NCBI GenBank assembly: GCA_038889235.1
Contig: JAWAHN010000001.1
Span: 344,499 to 376,498, forward strand
Direction of reading: 5' to 3'
Length of the DNA stretch: 32,000 nt
DNA from: Candidatus Jordarchaeales archaeon
GTDB taxonomy: Archaea > Asgardarchaeota > Jordiarchaeia > Jordiarchaeales > Freyrarchaeaceae
Shown here one piece after another: positions 16,912 to 26,139 of this stretch; position 1 is the stretch's first letter, and each line of letters opens with the position of its first letter. The translations under genes and the position numbers were made by a program. A model generated the notes under the pieces. That model made no database searches and was not told the DNA's origin. It was given only the letters and a program-made list of their open reading frames with translations.

Positions 16912-17117
16912 TAAAAGTGCGCTTTTGCGATTCAGCGTAGGCTCCCTCCTATCTAGCCGTAAGCGTAAAGGTAACTTTTCATCTCCCAGCGTCCGACGTG
17001 AATTGGGAGTTCTTTCCCTTTCGAAAGGGATTAATTATTTTACGCGTTTTGACGGCTTTAGCTTTTTATTTATCTTTTTAGTTAATTACTTTTGCGGTTA
17101 AAAGGTGGTGAGGGGCC

Positions 17118-17564
17118 TTGGCTGACCTGACTAGAGTTTACCCTGAAAGGCCTCTTGTCGGCGTTGGGGGTGTCGTATTTAGAGAAAAAGAGGTGCTTAT
17201 CGTTAGGAGGGGAAGTGAGCCTTCTTATGGAAAGTGGTCTATTCCAGGTGGGCTCGTCAACCTGGGGGAGACCGTTGCTGAAGCTTGCGCTAGAGAGGTT
17301 GAGGAGGAGACGGGGATCATAGTTGAGGTTGGCGAGGTTGTTGATGTATGTGACTACATAGAAAGGGATGCCGACGGAAGGGTTAGATTCCACTACGTCA
17401 TAATCGACTTCCTAGCCGTCCCTATTGGCGGGGCTCTCAGAGCTGGAAGCGACGTCCTAGACGCTAAGTTCGTCAAGATTGATGAGCTGAACGATTATGA
17501 TTTAACGAGGACTGCGCGTAGGGTGTTCGAGAAGCTTGGGTGGCTGAGCGGTGGGGTTGGCTAG
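17118..17564 (+). CDS. Nudix hydrolase (ADP-ribose pyrophosphatase-like)
   Basis: Nudix box PGGLVNLGETVAEACAREVEEETG; RPLVGVG; FHYVIIDF. Confidence 0.93.
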   Translation: MADLTRVYPERPLVGVGGVVFREKEVLIVRRGSEPSYGKWSIPGGLVNLGETVAEACAREVEEETGIIVEVGEVVDVCDYIERDADGRVRFHYVIIDFLAVPIGGALRAGSDVLDAKFVKIDELNDYDLTRTARRVFEKLGWLSGGVG

Positions 17565-17944
17565 TCTTTTTTCAAGGCGTCAGACAGGTCTACAGGAGCA
17601 CGCTCCCCCCGTCTTTTAATCATTATCTTTGGTTCTACTCCTTCTATTTTCCGCTCCATTTTCATGATGTCTACCTCGGTCAGTCTCCTGTTTATGAGGC
17701 CGTTAGCGAAGATGTAGACTATGGCGTTCTCTATTTTCTCGGCTACGGCAGGCTTTGCCGCCTTTATCTTGGCGAGATAGCGCCTCGCCTCTTCTGTAAG
17801 AGCCACGCTGAAGAGGCGCTCCTTGGATTTTTCAATATTTTCTTTTTCACTTTTCTGTTGTTCGACAGTTATCTTCTTCGCAGTCTCCTTCATCATTTGC
17901 AGAAGCTTGCGGCTTTTAATTAGCTCCAGCTCGTCGTCCGACAT
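17561..17944 (-). CDS. PDCD5-like double-stranded DNA-binding protein
   Basis: DDELELIK.RKL..M, LTEEARRYLA.IK..KP.VA..IE, and EPKI.IKRRG motifs. Confidence 0.75.
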   Translation of the reverse strand: MSDDELELIKSRKLLQMMKETAKKITVEQQKSEKENIEKSKERLFSVALTEEARRYLAKIKAAKPAVAEKIENAIVYIFANGLINRRLTEVDIMKMERKIEGVEPKIMIKRRGERAPVDLSDALKKD

Positions 17945-18098
17945 TTTGAACTCCCAATGCTACAAAGCAGGCGACTCAAATAACTTTTTTGATCCCCTTG
18001 GGTTCCCTTGGTTAGGGGGCACGCCGCAGCCAGGTATGTCAACATAAAAGGGCATAAAAAATGAATGCAAATTGTTTTTCTGGGAAAGCGGGCTTCTA

Positions 18099-18908
18099 AT
18101 GCTTGGAGGACTTGGGGTTTTGGAAGAAGAGAGAAGAGTGGTTGTTAGAAGCAGGGAAGAGCTCGAAAAAGTGGTGCACACCATAGAGCTGCTATACGTC
18201 GAAGGCGTTAGATCCTTAAGGATAGAGTTGGAGGAGCCTTTGACCGGCGTCGACTTAGAGAAAATCAACAGTGTGCTCCGCAGGTTGCCGGGTTTCGAAA
18301 TCTCGCTTTGCACTCCGAGGAACATAGTTCTCCAAGACGTGATGGAATCTTCCCCCGACGAGGTTTTCAAGATAATATACGAGGCGACCAAAAAACTCTT
18401 CGACGACATACTGGAGGCTGTTGAAAAAGAGGACGCTGAGATTGCTGAGGCCATTGAGAACGCACATGACATCGTTCATAGGTACGCTCAGCGCTTCAGA
18501 AGGCATATTTCGCAGAGTCCTAGAAAGGCCAGGGAGCTCTTTGAGAAGGCCGGGCACGTGACGTTCCTAGAAAAGGTGGCAGACTACTTGGCTCACACAG
18601 CGCACGCCGTAGCTAGAAGGGGGATTTTTGGGGGTATGAAGCAAGAGGTGATCAGAGTCATGAGAATGACGAAGGACCTACTCGAGGCGTCTTTCGAAGC
18701 GTATAAGAAAGGAGAGAGAGGGAAAGCGGACGCTATAATCAGGGCGGAAGAGTTTCTCCAGAAGGAGATTAGCAGGTTGATGGAGAAAGCCGTGGGGTTA
18801 CCTGACAGGTTTTACAGGCTCCCAGTGGAAGCAGTGCTCATACACATGAACGAGATAATAAAGGGGATACACCAGGTGGCTTTAGACCTCCTGAAAAGCG
18901 AAAAGTGA
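18099..18908 (+). CDS. PhoU-like phosphate uptake regulator lacking the N-terminal AbrB domain
   Basis: Two PhoU helical repeats (D.EIAE.I...HD.VHR; LEKVADY..H.A; D..KAD.II..EE); start uncertain (18072, 18099 or 18120). Confidence 0.7.
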   Translation: MLGGLGVLEEERRVVVRSREELEKVVHTIELLYVEGVRSLRIELEEPLTGVDLEKINSVLRRLPGFEISLCTPRNIVLQDVMESSPDEVFKIIYEATKKLFDDILEAVEKEDAEIAEAIENAHDIVHRYAQRFRRHISQSPRKARELFEKAGHVTFLEKVADYLAHTAHAVARRGIFGGMKQEVIRVMRMTKDLLEASFEAYKKGERGKADAIIRAEEFLQKEISRLMEKAVGLPDRFYRLPVEAVLIHMNEIIKGIHQVALDLLKSEK

Positions 18909-18996
18909 GAGTGTCATGTTTTGTTGGTAAGATTGGAGGAACATTAACGCATATAACCTTGAAATTTGGGAGGCTTTCTTCGGAGGTTGCCTAAGA

Positions 18997-19563
18997 ATGG
19001 GAATAGCTGGGTTCTTGAAGAAAATTGGTGGGCGCACAAGAGAGAAGGAGAAAGCCCTGACAGCCGCGCAATGCCTAGATGACGACCTCAACGAGTTCAA
19101 CCTCTGCCCCCCGGAGGAGATATACATAAAGTCGCTGCCGCTAATAACGCTTTCAGACGTGCAAAAAGTGGTAACGGAGCTCAAAGCGGGAAACATAGTG
19201 ATACTTCACATAAAACCCATGCTACAGAGGGATAAGACGAGGAACGAGTTGAAGCGTGCAGTCGACCAGCTGAGAGGGGTATGTCGCCAAATAGAGGGAG
19301 ACATAGCCCAACTTGGAGGAGAGTACATAATAATCACGCCTGGGCCATTCGTTAGAATATACAAGCCTGAGCCGAGAAAAGTAGAGGAGAAAGAGGAGAG
19401 CGAGGCGAAGGAGGAGGCGAAGGAGGAGGCGAGCAGTAGTCCGATAGTTTCAGGTAGGAGGCCTTACAGTTTCGAGCACGCGAAGCTGGGGGCGGGCCGT
19501 GAAACACAGCCCGACCAGGCGGTTCTAGCCACCGCGCGTTCTTCGACCTTCGGCAATTTCTAG
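18997..19563 (+). CDS. sepF: Cell division protein SepF with C-terminal extension
   Basis: IYIKSL.L..LSDV..V..ELK.GNIVIL, ELKRAVDQL...C..I.GDIA.LG..YIIITP..VRI. Confidence 0.9.
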   Translation: MGIAGFLKKIGGRTREKEKALTAAQCLDDDLNEFNLCPPEEIYIKSLPLITLSDVQKVVTELKAGNIVILHIKPMLQRDKTRNELKRAVDQLRGVCRQIEGDIAQLGGEYIIITPGPFVRIYKPEPRKVEEKEESEAKEEAKEEASSSPIVSGRRPYSFEHAKLGAGRETQPDQAVLATARSSTFGNF

Positions 19564-19570
19564 TACGAAG
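19441..19570. other. Structured RNA-like element overlapping the sepF 3' end
   Basis: Three-way junction: ACGCG/CGCGT, CTGG..CGGGC-GTG-AAA-CAC-GCCCG..CCAG and GCGGT/ACCGC, closed by GGAGG/CCTTC. Confidence 0.45.
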
Positions 19571-19706
19571 AAAGTTGTTTTGGCTTCCCCTCATTTTAAA
19601 AATTCGCGGCTTGTTTTTGGAAAAGGATAAGTGGTCTCAGCAACTTGTTTTTTATTGTTGAGCTGGTCCCATTAGGCCGGAAGGCTGGAGAAGGTGGGAA
19701 GGGAGT

Positions 19707-20882
19707 TTGGGAGAGGTTGGCCGCGTGGCTGTTATTGGTGCGGGAACTATGGGGTCTGATGTTTCTTTCCTCTTCGCGCTTTCTGGATGTGAAGTCGTTG
19801 TGAACGACGTGTCGGAGCGGGCGCTGAACAAGTTGAGGGCGAAGTTCGAAAAGAACATTGAGGAGTTGCAGCGTGAGGACGTGGTCAAGGAGGACGTTGA
19901 GACTGTTTGGGAGCGGGTAACCACGACGACAAATCTGGACGACGTGAAGGATGTGGACTTTGTTTTCGAGGCGGTGAATGAGGATCTAGAGTTAAAGAGG
20001 AAAGTTTTCAGGAGGCTCGACGAGCTACCGAGGAGCGTGGTACTTGCAACCAATACTTCAAGCTTGACTGTCACAGAGATAGCGGAGGGGCTGAGGGGGG
20101 CGGAGAGAGTTGGCGGAATGCACTTCTCTAATCCCCCCATAATAATGCCGCTGGTGGAAGTCGTTAAGGGGAGGGAGACAAGCGAGGAGACTCTTGAGGT
20201 CATATCCCGCGTAGCGGAGAGGCTAGGTAAGACCCCTGTCATAGTTAGGATAGATATGAGGGGGTTCATTCTCAACAGGATTCTTTTATCCGCCGGAGCA
20301 GAGGGCTTGTGGGCGATCAGTAGAGGGGAGGCGGCTGCCGAGGAGCTTGACGGCTCCATTAAAGCTATGGGGTTCCCAATAGGGCTCGCTGAGGCGGTCG
20401 ACATCATAGGTGTAGACATAGTGATGGCTGTTAGTAGAAATCTCCGCGAAGCCTACGGGGACAGATTCATGCTCCCTATGAGTATGCTTGAAGAAATGGC
20501 TAGAAAAGGTAGACTGGGGAAAAAGGCTGGAGCGGGGTTCTACGACTGGAGCGAGGGCAAGCCGCGGATAAGCGAGGGCATACAGGGAGCTTACGACGTC
20601 ACTAGGATTGTTGCGGTAGCAGCAAATGAGGCATTCTGGATAATGAGTGACGGTGTTGCTGAGCCGGAAACAATCGACAGGGTAGTCAAACTGGGGATGT
20701 TATCCCCTGTTGGAATATGCGAGCTAGCAGACGCCCTGGGACTAGACACCCTCGCGAAAACCTTGCACGAAGTTTACAAGAAGTATGGCCTAGAACTATA
20801 CAGGCTCTGCCCGCTGTTCGAGGACTACGTTAAGCATGGACGAAAGGGGAGAAGTGTCGGTAAAGGGTTTTACGAGTACTAG
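19707..20882 (+). CDS. 3-hydroxyacyl-CoA dehydrogenase with duplicated C-terminal domain
   Basis: VAVIGAGTMG, VFEAVNEDLELKR.VF, LATNTSSL, GMHFSNP, GFILNR, G.LGKKAG.GFY. Confidence 0.93.
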   Translation: MGEVGRVAVIGAGTMGSDVSFLFALSGCEVVVNDVSERALNKLRAKFEKNIEELQREDVVKEDVETVWERVTTTTNLDDVKDVDFVFEAVNEDLELKRKVFRRLDELPRSVVLATNTSSLTVTEIAEGLRGAERVGGMHFSNPPIIMPLVEVVKGRETSEETLEVISRVAERLGKTPVIVRIDMRGFILNRILLSAGAEGLWAISRGEAAAEELDGSIKAMGFPIGLAEAVDIIGVDIVMAVSRNLREAYGDRFMLPMSMLEEMARKGRLGKKAGAGFYDWSEGKPRISEGIQGAYDVTRIVAVAANEAFWIMSDGVAEPETIDRVVKLGMLSPVGICELADALGLDTLAKTLHEVYKKYGLELYRLCPLFEDYVKHGRKGRSVGKGFYEY

Positions 20883-20893
20883 GAGGATTACCT

Positions 20894-22372
20894 GTGAGGC
20901 TGCCGGTACTCCACGGCGACAAGGTGGTTGTCGAGGAGTTCCCCGAAGAAACTGTTGTTCTAACTTCTCCTCCTACGCTGCAACCTCTCGAAAACCCCAC
21001 TGCAGCTGTACGTGAAGCCATAGAGAATCCTTTAAACGAGCAACGGTTTAGCGAGCTGTTAGGTGAGTGCAGGAACATCGTTCTGGCGTTCGACGATCCC
21101 GTCCTCCCCATACCGATCCCCAGAGAGGATCCCAGGAAAATCGTCGTGAAAGAGGTGATGGCCGCCGCAGAGGAAGCGGGAGTCAGAGTTAAGCTTCTGT
21201 GCGCTAATGGCACGCATAGAAAGTGGTCTGAGAGGGAGCTGGCGGCTATCGTAGGAGACTTTGCCAAGCGTACGTTGTGCCACGATGCTGAGGACGAGAA
21301 GAACCTCGCCGATCTAGGGTCAGCGGACGGAGCGCCAGTTGTAATAAACAAGGAGGCCGCTGAAAGTGACCTACTCGTATACGTCAATGTTACTTTTACT
21401 CCGATGAATGGAGGCTGGAAGTCGGTTAACGTTGGGCTCGGATCGTACGAGTCTATAAGTTACCACCATAACCCGGACTCCTTTGGGCGGGGCCTTATGG
21501 AGCCCGAGGTATCAGAAATGCACAAGACACTGTGGAAGATGGGTAGGGTTGTTGAGGAGAACGTCAAGGTCTTCCAAATAGAGACAATTGTGACAAATAA
21601 TCTGCAGCCAAGCCTGTCACTGGTCGGCGGGGAGGGGCTGCGAGCCCCGTTAACTCTGAAAGCCTTCTCTCTGCTCCCAAGAAGAGTGAGGGACAAGCTT
21701 AGGGGTTTTGTCAGGGCGGCTTACAGGATGGCTTACGTCAAAGCTGGAAAAGTTGTAGATGTGCACGCTGAAACTCTGAGAGTCTTGAGAAAACAGCTCG
21801 AGTTAATGGTTGAGAAACAGTTCGACATAGTGGTTGCAGGCATCCCTAACATGAGCCCCTACGCCACGTTCTCCGTCCAGAACCCCATACTTTCCGCTAA
21901 CCTAGCTTTAGGGTACGCTTTCAGCTTCCTTAGCGTCGGAAAACCGCTCCTTAGAAAGGGCGGCGTATTTGTCTTTTTCAGCCCAATGGACGAAGTCTTC
22001 CACGAAGGGCACCACCCCTCATATGTGGAGTTCTACAAAATCCTAAGCGAAACACGCGACCCATGGGAGCTGCGCGAGAAGTACGAAAAGAAGTTTGCCA
22101 AGAACGAAAAGTACGTCAGGTTGTACAGGTATGGCTATGCGTACCATGGAGCACACCCGTTCTTCGTCTGGTATGCCATTAGGCCAGCGCTAGAACAGGC
22201 GTCTGCCGTGATAAACGTCGCCCCGTCAAACTCCAAGGTCCCCGAAAAAATGGGCTTCGAGTGGGCTAGAAACTTGCGCGAAGCGCTTGGTAAAGCTTAC
22301 AGCTACGTGGGGAAAGATGCGAGCATAGTATATCCCGCCATGCCGCCAATTTTCTGCACACGAGTGGGTTAA
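20894..22372 (+). CDS. LarA/DUF2088-family protein (divergent subfamily)
   Basis: A.ENPL, LAFDD, CANGTHR, HDAED, GGWKSV motifs. Confidence 0.8.
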   Translation: MRLPVLHGDKVVVEEFPEETVVLTSPPTLQPLENPTAAVREAIENPLNEQRFSELLGECRNIVLAFDDPVLPIPIPREDPRKIVVKEVMAAAEEAGVRVKLLCANGTHRKWSERELAAIVGDFAKRTLCHDAEDEKNLADLGSADGAPVVINKEAAESDLLVYVNVTFTPMNGGWKSVNVGLGSYESISYHHNPDSFGRGLMEPEVSEMHKTLWKMGRVVEENVKVFQIETIVTNNLQPSLSLVGGEGLRAPLTLKAFSLLPRRVRDKLRGFVRAAYRMAYVKAGKVVDVHAETLRVLRKQLELMVEKQFDIVVAGIPNMSPYATFSVQNPILSANLALGYAFSFLSVGKPLLRKGGVFVFFSPMDEVFHEGHHPSYVEFYKILSETRDPWELREKYEKKFAKNEKYVRLYRYGYAYHGAHPFFVWYAIRPALEQASAVINVAPSNSKVPEKMGFEWARNLREALGKAYSYVGKDASIVYPAMPPIFCTRVG

Positions 22373-22433
22373 CCATTTCGCAAGAATTTGCTCGGTACCC
22401 CGGCTGCTTAAAACTTCTAGTTACTCTGGGCGT

Positions 22434-22532
22434 GCCACCAACTGAGGACCTTGTGGCGAAGTAGGGGCTGCTCGTTTAGCATGAAGTCGGCGGTTCCCAG
22501 GTTCTGTGTAAAGTAGCTTTGGGTTGGTGTGC
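22434..22532 (+). ncRNA. Candidate structured small RNA between the larA-like gene and the rib operon
   Basis: Three nested helices with five G-U pairs on the + strand; TTAAAA at about 22408-22413 is correctly spaced for a start near 22434. Confidence 0.4.
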
Positions 22533-22539
22533 CGAAAAT

Positions 22540-22573
22540 GTTACTCAAAAATGAGTAGCAACAAATATATTAT
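22540..22573 (+). promoter_or_regulatory. Palindromic operator (TACTCA-AAAA-TGAGTA) plus TATA (AATATATTAT) of the riboflavin operon
   Basis: Perfect 6-4-6 inverted repeat at 22542-22557, just upstream of TATA 22564-22573; ribB ATG at 22604. Confidence 0.6.
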
Positions 22574-22603
22574 GGAGGTGTGTTTCGTAAGTCAGGTGCT
22601 AAC

Positions 22604-23771
<1,168 letters not shown>

Positions 23772-23795
23772 AGTGGTGTTCGTGTGGTGATTGTG

Positions 23796-24227
23796 ATGGC
23801 GAATGAGGATGTAAGGCTTGGTATTGTCGTCTCCGAGTTTAACTACGACATAACATACCTAATGCTGCAAAGGGCACTGGACCACGCCGAGTTCCTCGGC
23901 GTAAAGGTTGTTAAAGTTGTTAAGGTTCCCGGCGTCTTCGACATGCCCCTAGCGGTCAAAAAGCTCTTGGAGAGGAACGACGTTGACGCAGTAGTTACAA
24001 TAGGGGCTGTCATGAAAGGTGACACAGACCACGACCAGGTTGTGGCACAGCACGCGGCGAGAAAGATTGTTGACTTGTCCGTGGAGTATAATAAGCCTGT
24101 GGCGCTGGGCGTCTCCGGTCCTGGGATGACTAGAATGGAGGCCATGGAGAGGATAGAGGAGTACCCGAGGAGAGCGGTTGAGGCCGCCGTGAAAATGGTT
24201 AGGCGCTTAAGGGAGATCTCAAAGTAG
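23796..24227 (+). CDS. ribH: 6,7-dimethyl-8-ribityllumazine synthase
   Basis: [49 protein letters not shown]; ATG 23796 with SD GGTGA. Confidence 0.95.
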   Translation: MANEDVRLGIVVSEFNYDITYLMLQRALDHAEFLGVKVVKVVKVPGVFDMPLAVKKLLERNDVDAVVTIGAVMKGDTDHDQVVAQHAARKIVDLSVEYNKPVALGVSGPGMTRMEAMERIEEYPRRAVEAAVKMVRRLREISK

Positions 24228-24238
24228 GGGGGCCGCGC

Positions 24239-25003
24239 TTGATAAAGATAACATTGGTCCAGCTGGACAACTATGGTCCGTGGACTGAGGAGCTTGGAAA
24301 TGACAGGGAGGCGGACATTCAGGTTCTTCAGTCGGAGCTCTACGCCGACCTTCAGAGGATGTTTTCAGCCAGAGGTGGGCTACTCTTTTTCTCTCGTTTT
24401 GATAACATGCTGGCTGTCTCGAACGGTGTAAGCATCAGGGAGCACGAGATGATACTTAGAAGTGTGGCTAGAAGGTACCCTGTCACTGTGAGCATGGGCA
24501 TCGGATTGGGGGAGACGGCTTACGAGGCACAACGCGCTGCGACGCGAGCCCTACAGAGTAAGGGGAGCGCTCAGTCCTCTGAGAGGAGGGCTGTCTTAGC
24601 TTACAACGGTAATGGTGCGACGAAGGAGGGTTACGTCCAGATGGCACACATAGATGTCAACAATTTTACTGGAAACGTGACTGACAAAGAGGACGCTTAC
24701 AAGGCAATGTACCTCGTATCAAGTCTGACGACTATCCTGATGAAGCTTTCAATGGATAAGGGTGCGCTCACCTTCTTCAATGGCGGGGACAACTTCATAT
24801 CTGTGTGCAATGGGCTAACTGAGTGCGACTTTAGAGAGATTTTCGATAAACTTGAGACGAGCACAGGCTTAAAGTTCAAGGCTGGCGTCGGCTTTGGGAG
24901 GAACGCTTGCGAGGCGCTTGCGAGAGCGAACGAGGCGCTCTCCAGGATAAGAAGGGGGCTGACGAGAGAGCAAATACTGTTCCTAGGAGGACCGCCCGGG
25001 TGA
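24239..25003 (+). CDS. gch3: GTP cyclohydrolase III (IIa)
   Basis: QLDNYGPWT, READIQ.LQ, FFSRFDNM, HIDVNN.T, FNGGDN, LK.GVG.G. Confidence 0.93.
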   Translation: MIKITLVQLDNYGPWTEELGNDREADIQVLQSELYADLQRMFSARGGLLFFSRFDNMLAVSNGVSIREHEMILRSVARRYPVTVSMGIGLGETAYEAQRAATRALQSKGSAQSSERRAVLAYNGNGATKEGYVQMAHIDVNNFTGNVTDKEDAYKAMYLVSSLTTILMKLSMDKGALTFFNGGDNFISVCNGLTECDFREIFDKLETSTGLKFKAGVGFGRNACEALARANEALSRIRRGLTREQILFLGGPPG

Positions 25004-26139
25004 AGACGATATACTGCGAGTTCGGACTCATTGGAAAAGAGCTCGCCTTCGAAGAGAATGTCTATATTTCGTTTTCGAAAAACGGGTTCATAAAGGATGT
25101 TTCCCACACTCCGCCCGGAGGAGTGAATGAAGAGTATGTGTCTTGCCTTGTAATGCCGGGTCTGGTGAACGCGCACACCCACGTTGGAGACTCGTTCTTC
25201 AAGGAGGTAGGGTATAACTATAGCATAGATGAGCTGGTAGCACCTCCGCACGGACTTAAGCACAACTTGCTGGACTCCGTGCCGGAGAGGGAGATCAAGG
25301 AAGGAATAAAATGGGCTGCAGTTGAGATGCTGTCGTCTGGAACAACCACCTTCGCAGACTTCAGGGAGGGGGGTGTCAGGGGGGCGCTTATACTAAGGAG
25401 GGCGTTGGAGGACGTCCCAATTAAATGCCTCATTCTGGGTAGGGATCACACCAATATAGGCGACCTCTTGAAGGTGTGCGACGGGGTGGGGCTTCCTTCA
25501 ACTGTCCCCTACAGTGATGAGGAGCTTAGAATGGTGTATGAAGAGTGCAAGCTAAGGGAGGCGATAATTTCAGTCCACGCTTCTGAGACCGTGGATGAGA
25601 GGGAGAGGTCTCTCAGAATGCATGGCGTGACAGACGTGGTTAGAGCGGTGAACATCCTAAACGCAGATCTCTTAGTTCACTTGACTCACGTGAGCGATGA
25701 GGAGCTTTCCCTAGTCTCCGGGAGGGGGGTTGCGTGTTGCCCTCGGGCTAACGCCTACCTGGGCGTCGGTATTCCGCCCGTCGAAAAAATGGTGGAAGCG
25801 GGCGTTAAGGTTTGCCTTGGAACAGACAACGTGATGATAAACTCCCCAGACCTGTTTAGGGAAATGGACTTTTTGGGTAAGGTTGTTAGGGCTAGATCCG
25901 GTGTGAGGGCGCTGAGCGCGAAAAGCATACTGAAGATGGTCACGGTAAACCCGGCTGAAGTCTTAAAGCTGAACTCCGGGTGGATTGAGCGGGGGAGAGC
26001 GGCCGACATAGTGATAATAGACTTAGAGGCGCCCAACGTTAAACCGGTACACCACCCTTACCAGGCTCTTGTGCACAGGGTTAAGTCTGAAAACGTGGTC
26101 TCGGTTTACGTTAACGGGGTGAAAGTTCATGAGAAATAG
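25000..26139 (+). CDS. Metal-dependent amidohydrolase/deaminase within the riboflavin operon
   Basis: PGLVNAHTH.GD, HASE, LVHLTH, CPRAN, LGTDN; GTG 25000 overlaps the gch3 stop. Confidence 0.88.
   Translation: MKTIYCEFGLIGKELAFEENVYISFSKNGFIKDVSHTPPGGVNEEYVSCLVMPGLVNAHTHVGDSFFKEVGYNYSIDELVAPPHGLKHNLLDSVPEREIKEGIKWAAVEMLSSGTTTFADFREGGVRGALILRRALEDVPIKCLILGRDHTNIGDLLKVCDGVGLPSTVPYSDEELRMVYEECKLREAIISVHASETVDERERSLRMHGVTDVVRAVNILNADLLVHLTHVSDEELSLVSGRGVACCPRANAYLGVGIPPVEKMVEAGVKVCLGTDNVMINSPDLFREMDFLGKVVRARSGVRALSAKSILKMVTVNPAEVLKLNSGWIERGRAADIVIIDLEAPNVKPVHHPYQALVHRVKSENVVSVYVNGVKVHEK

Noticed and set aside
19402-19431. Tandem repeat GAGGCGAAGGAG
   Set aside because: Only about 2.5 copies, encoding an acidic EAKE linker; not a CRISPR or functional DNA repeat.
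19480-19545. tRNA on the minus strand
   Set aside because: Only two arms, no U33 and no T-loop consensus.
22434-22532. Active hammerhead ribozyme
   Set aside because: CUGANGA and GAA are present, but the 10.1-11.1 pair is C-C, position 15.1 is G, and the cleavage-site position reads GG rather than UH.
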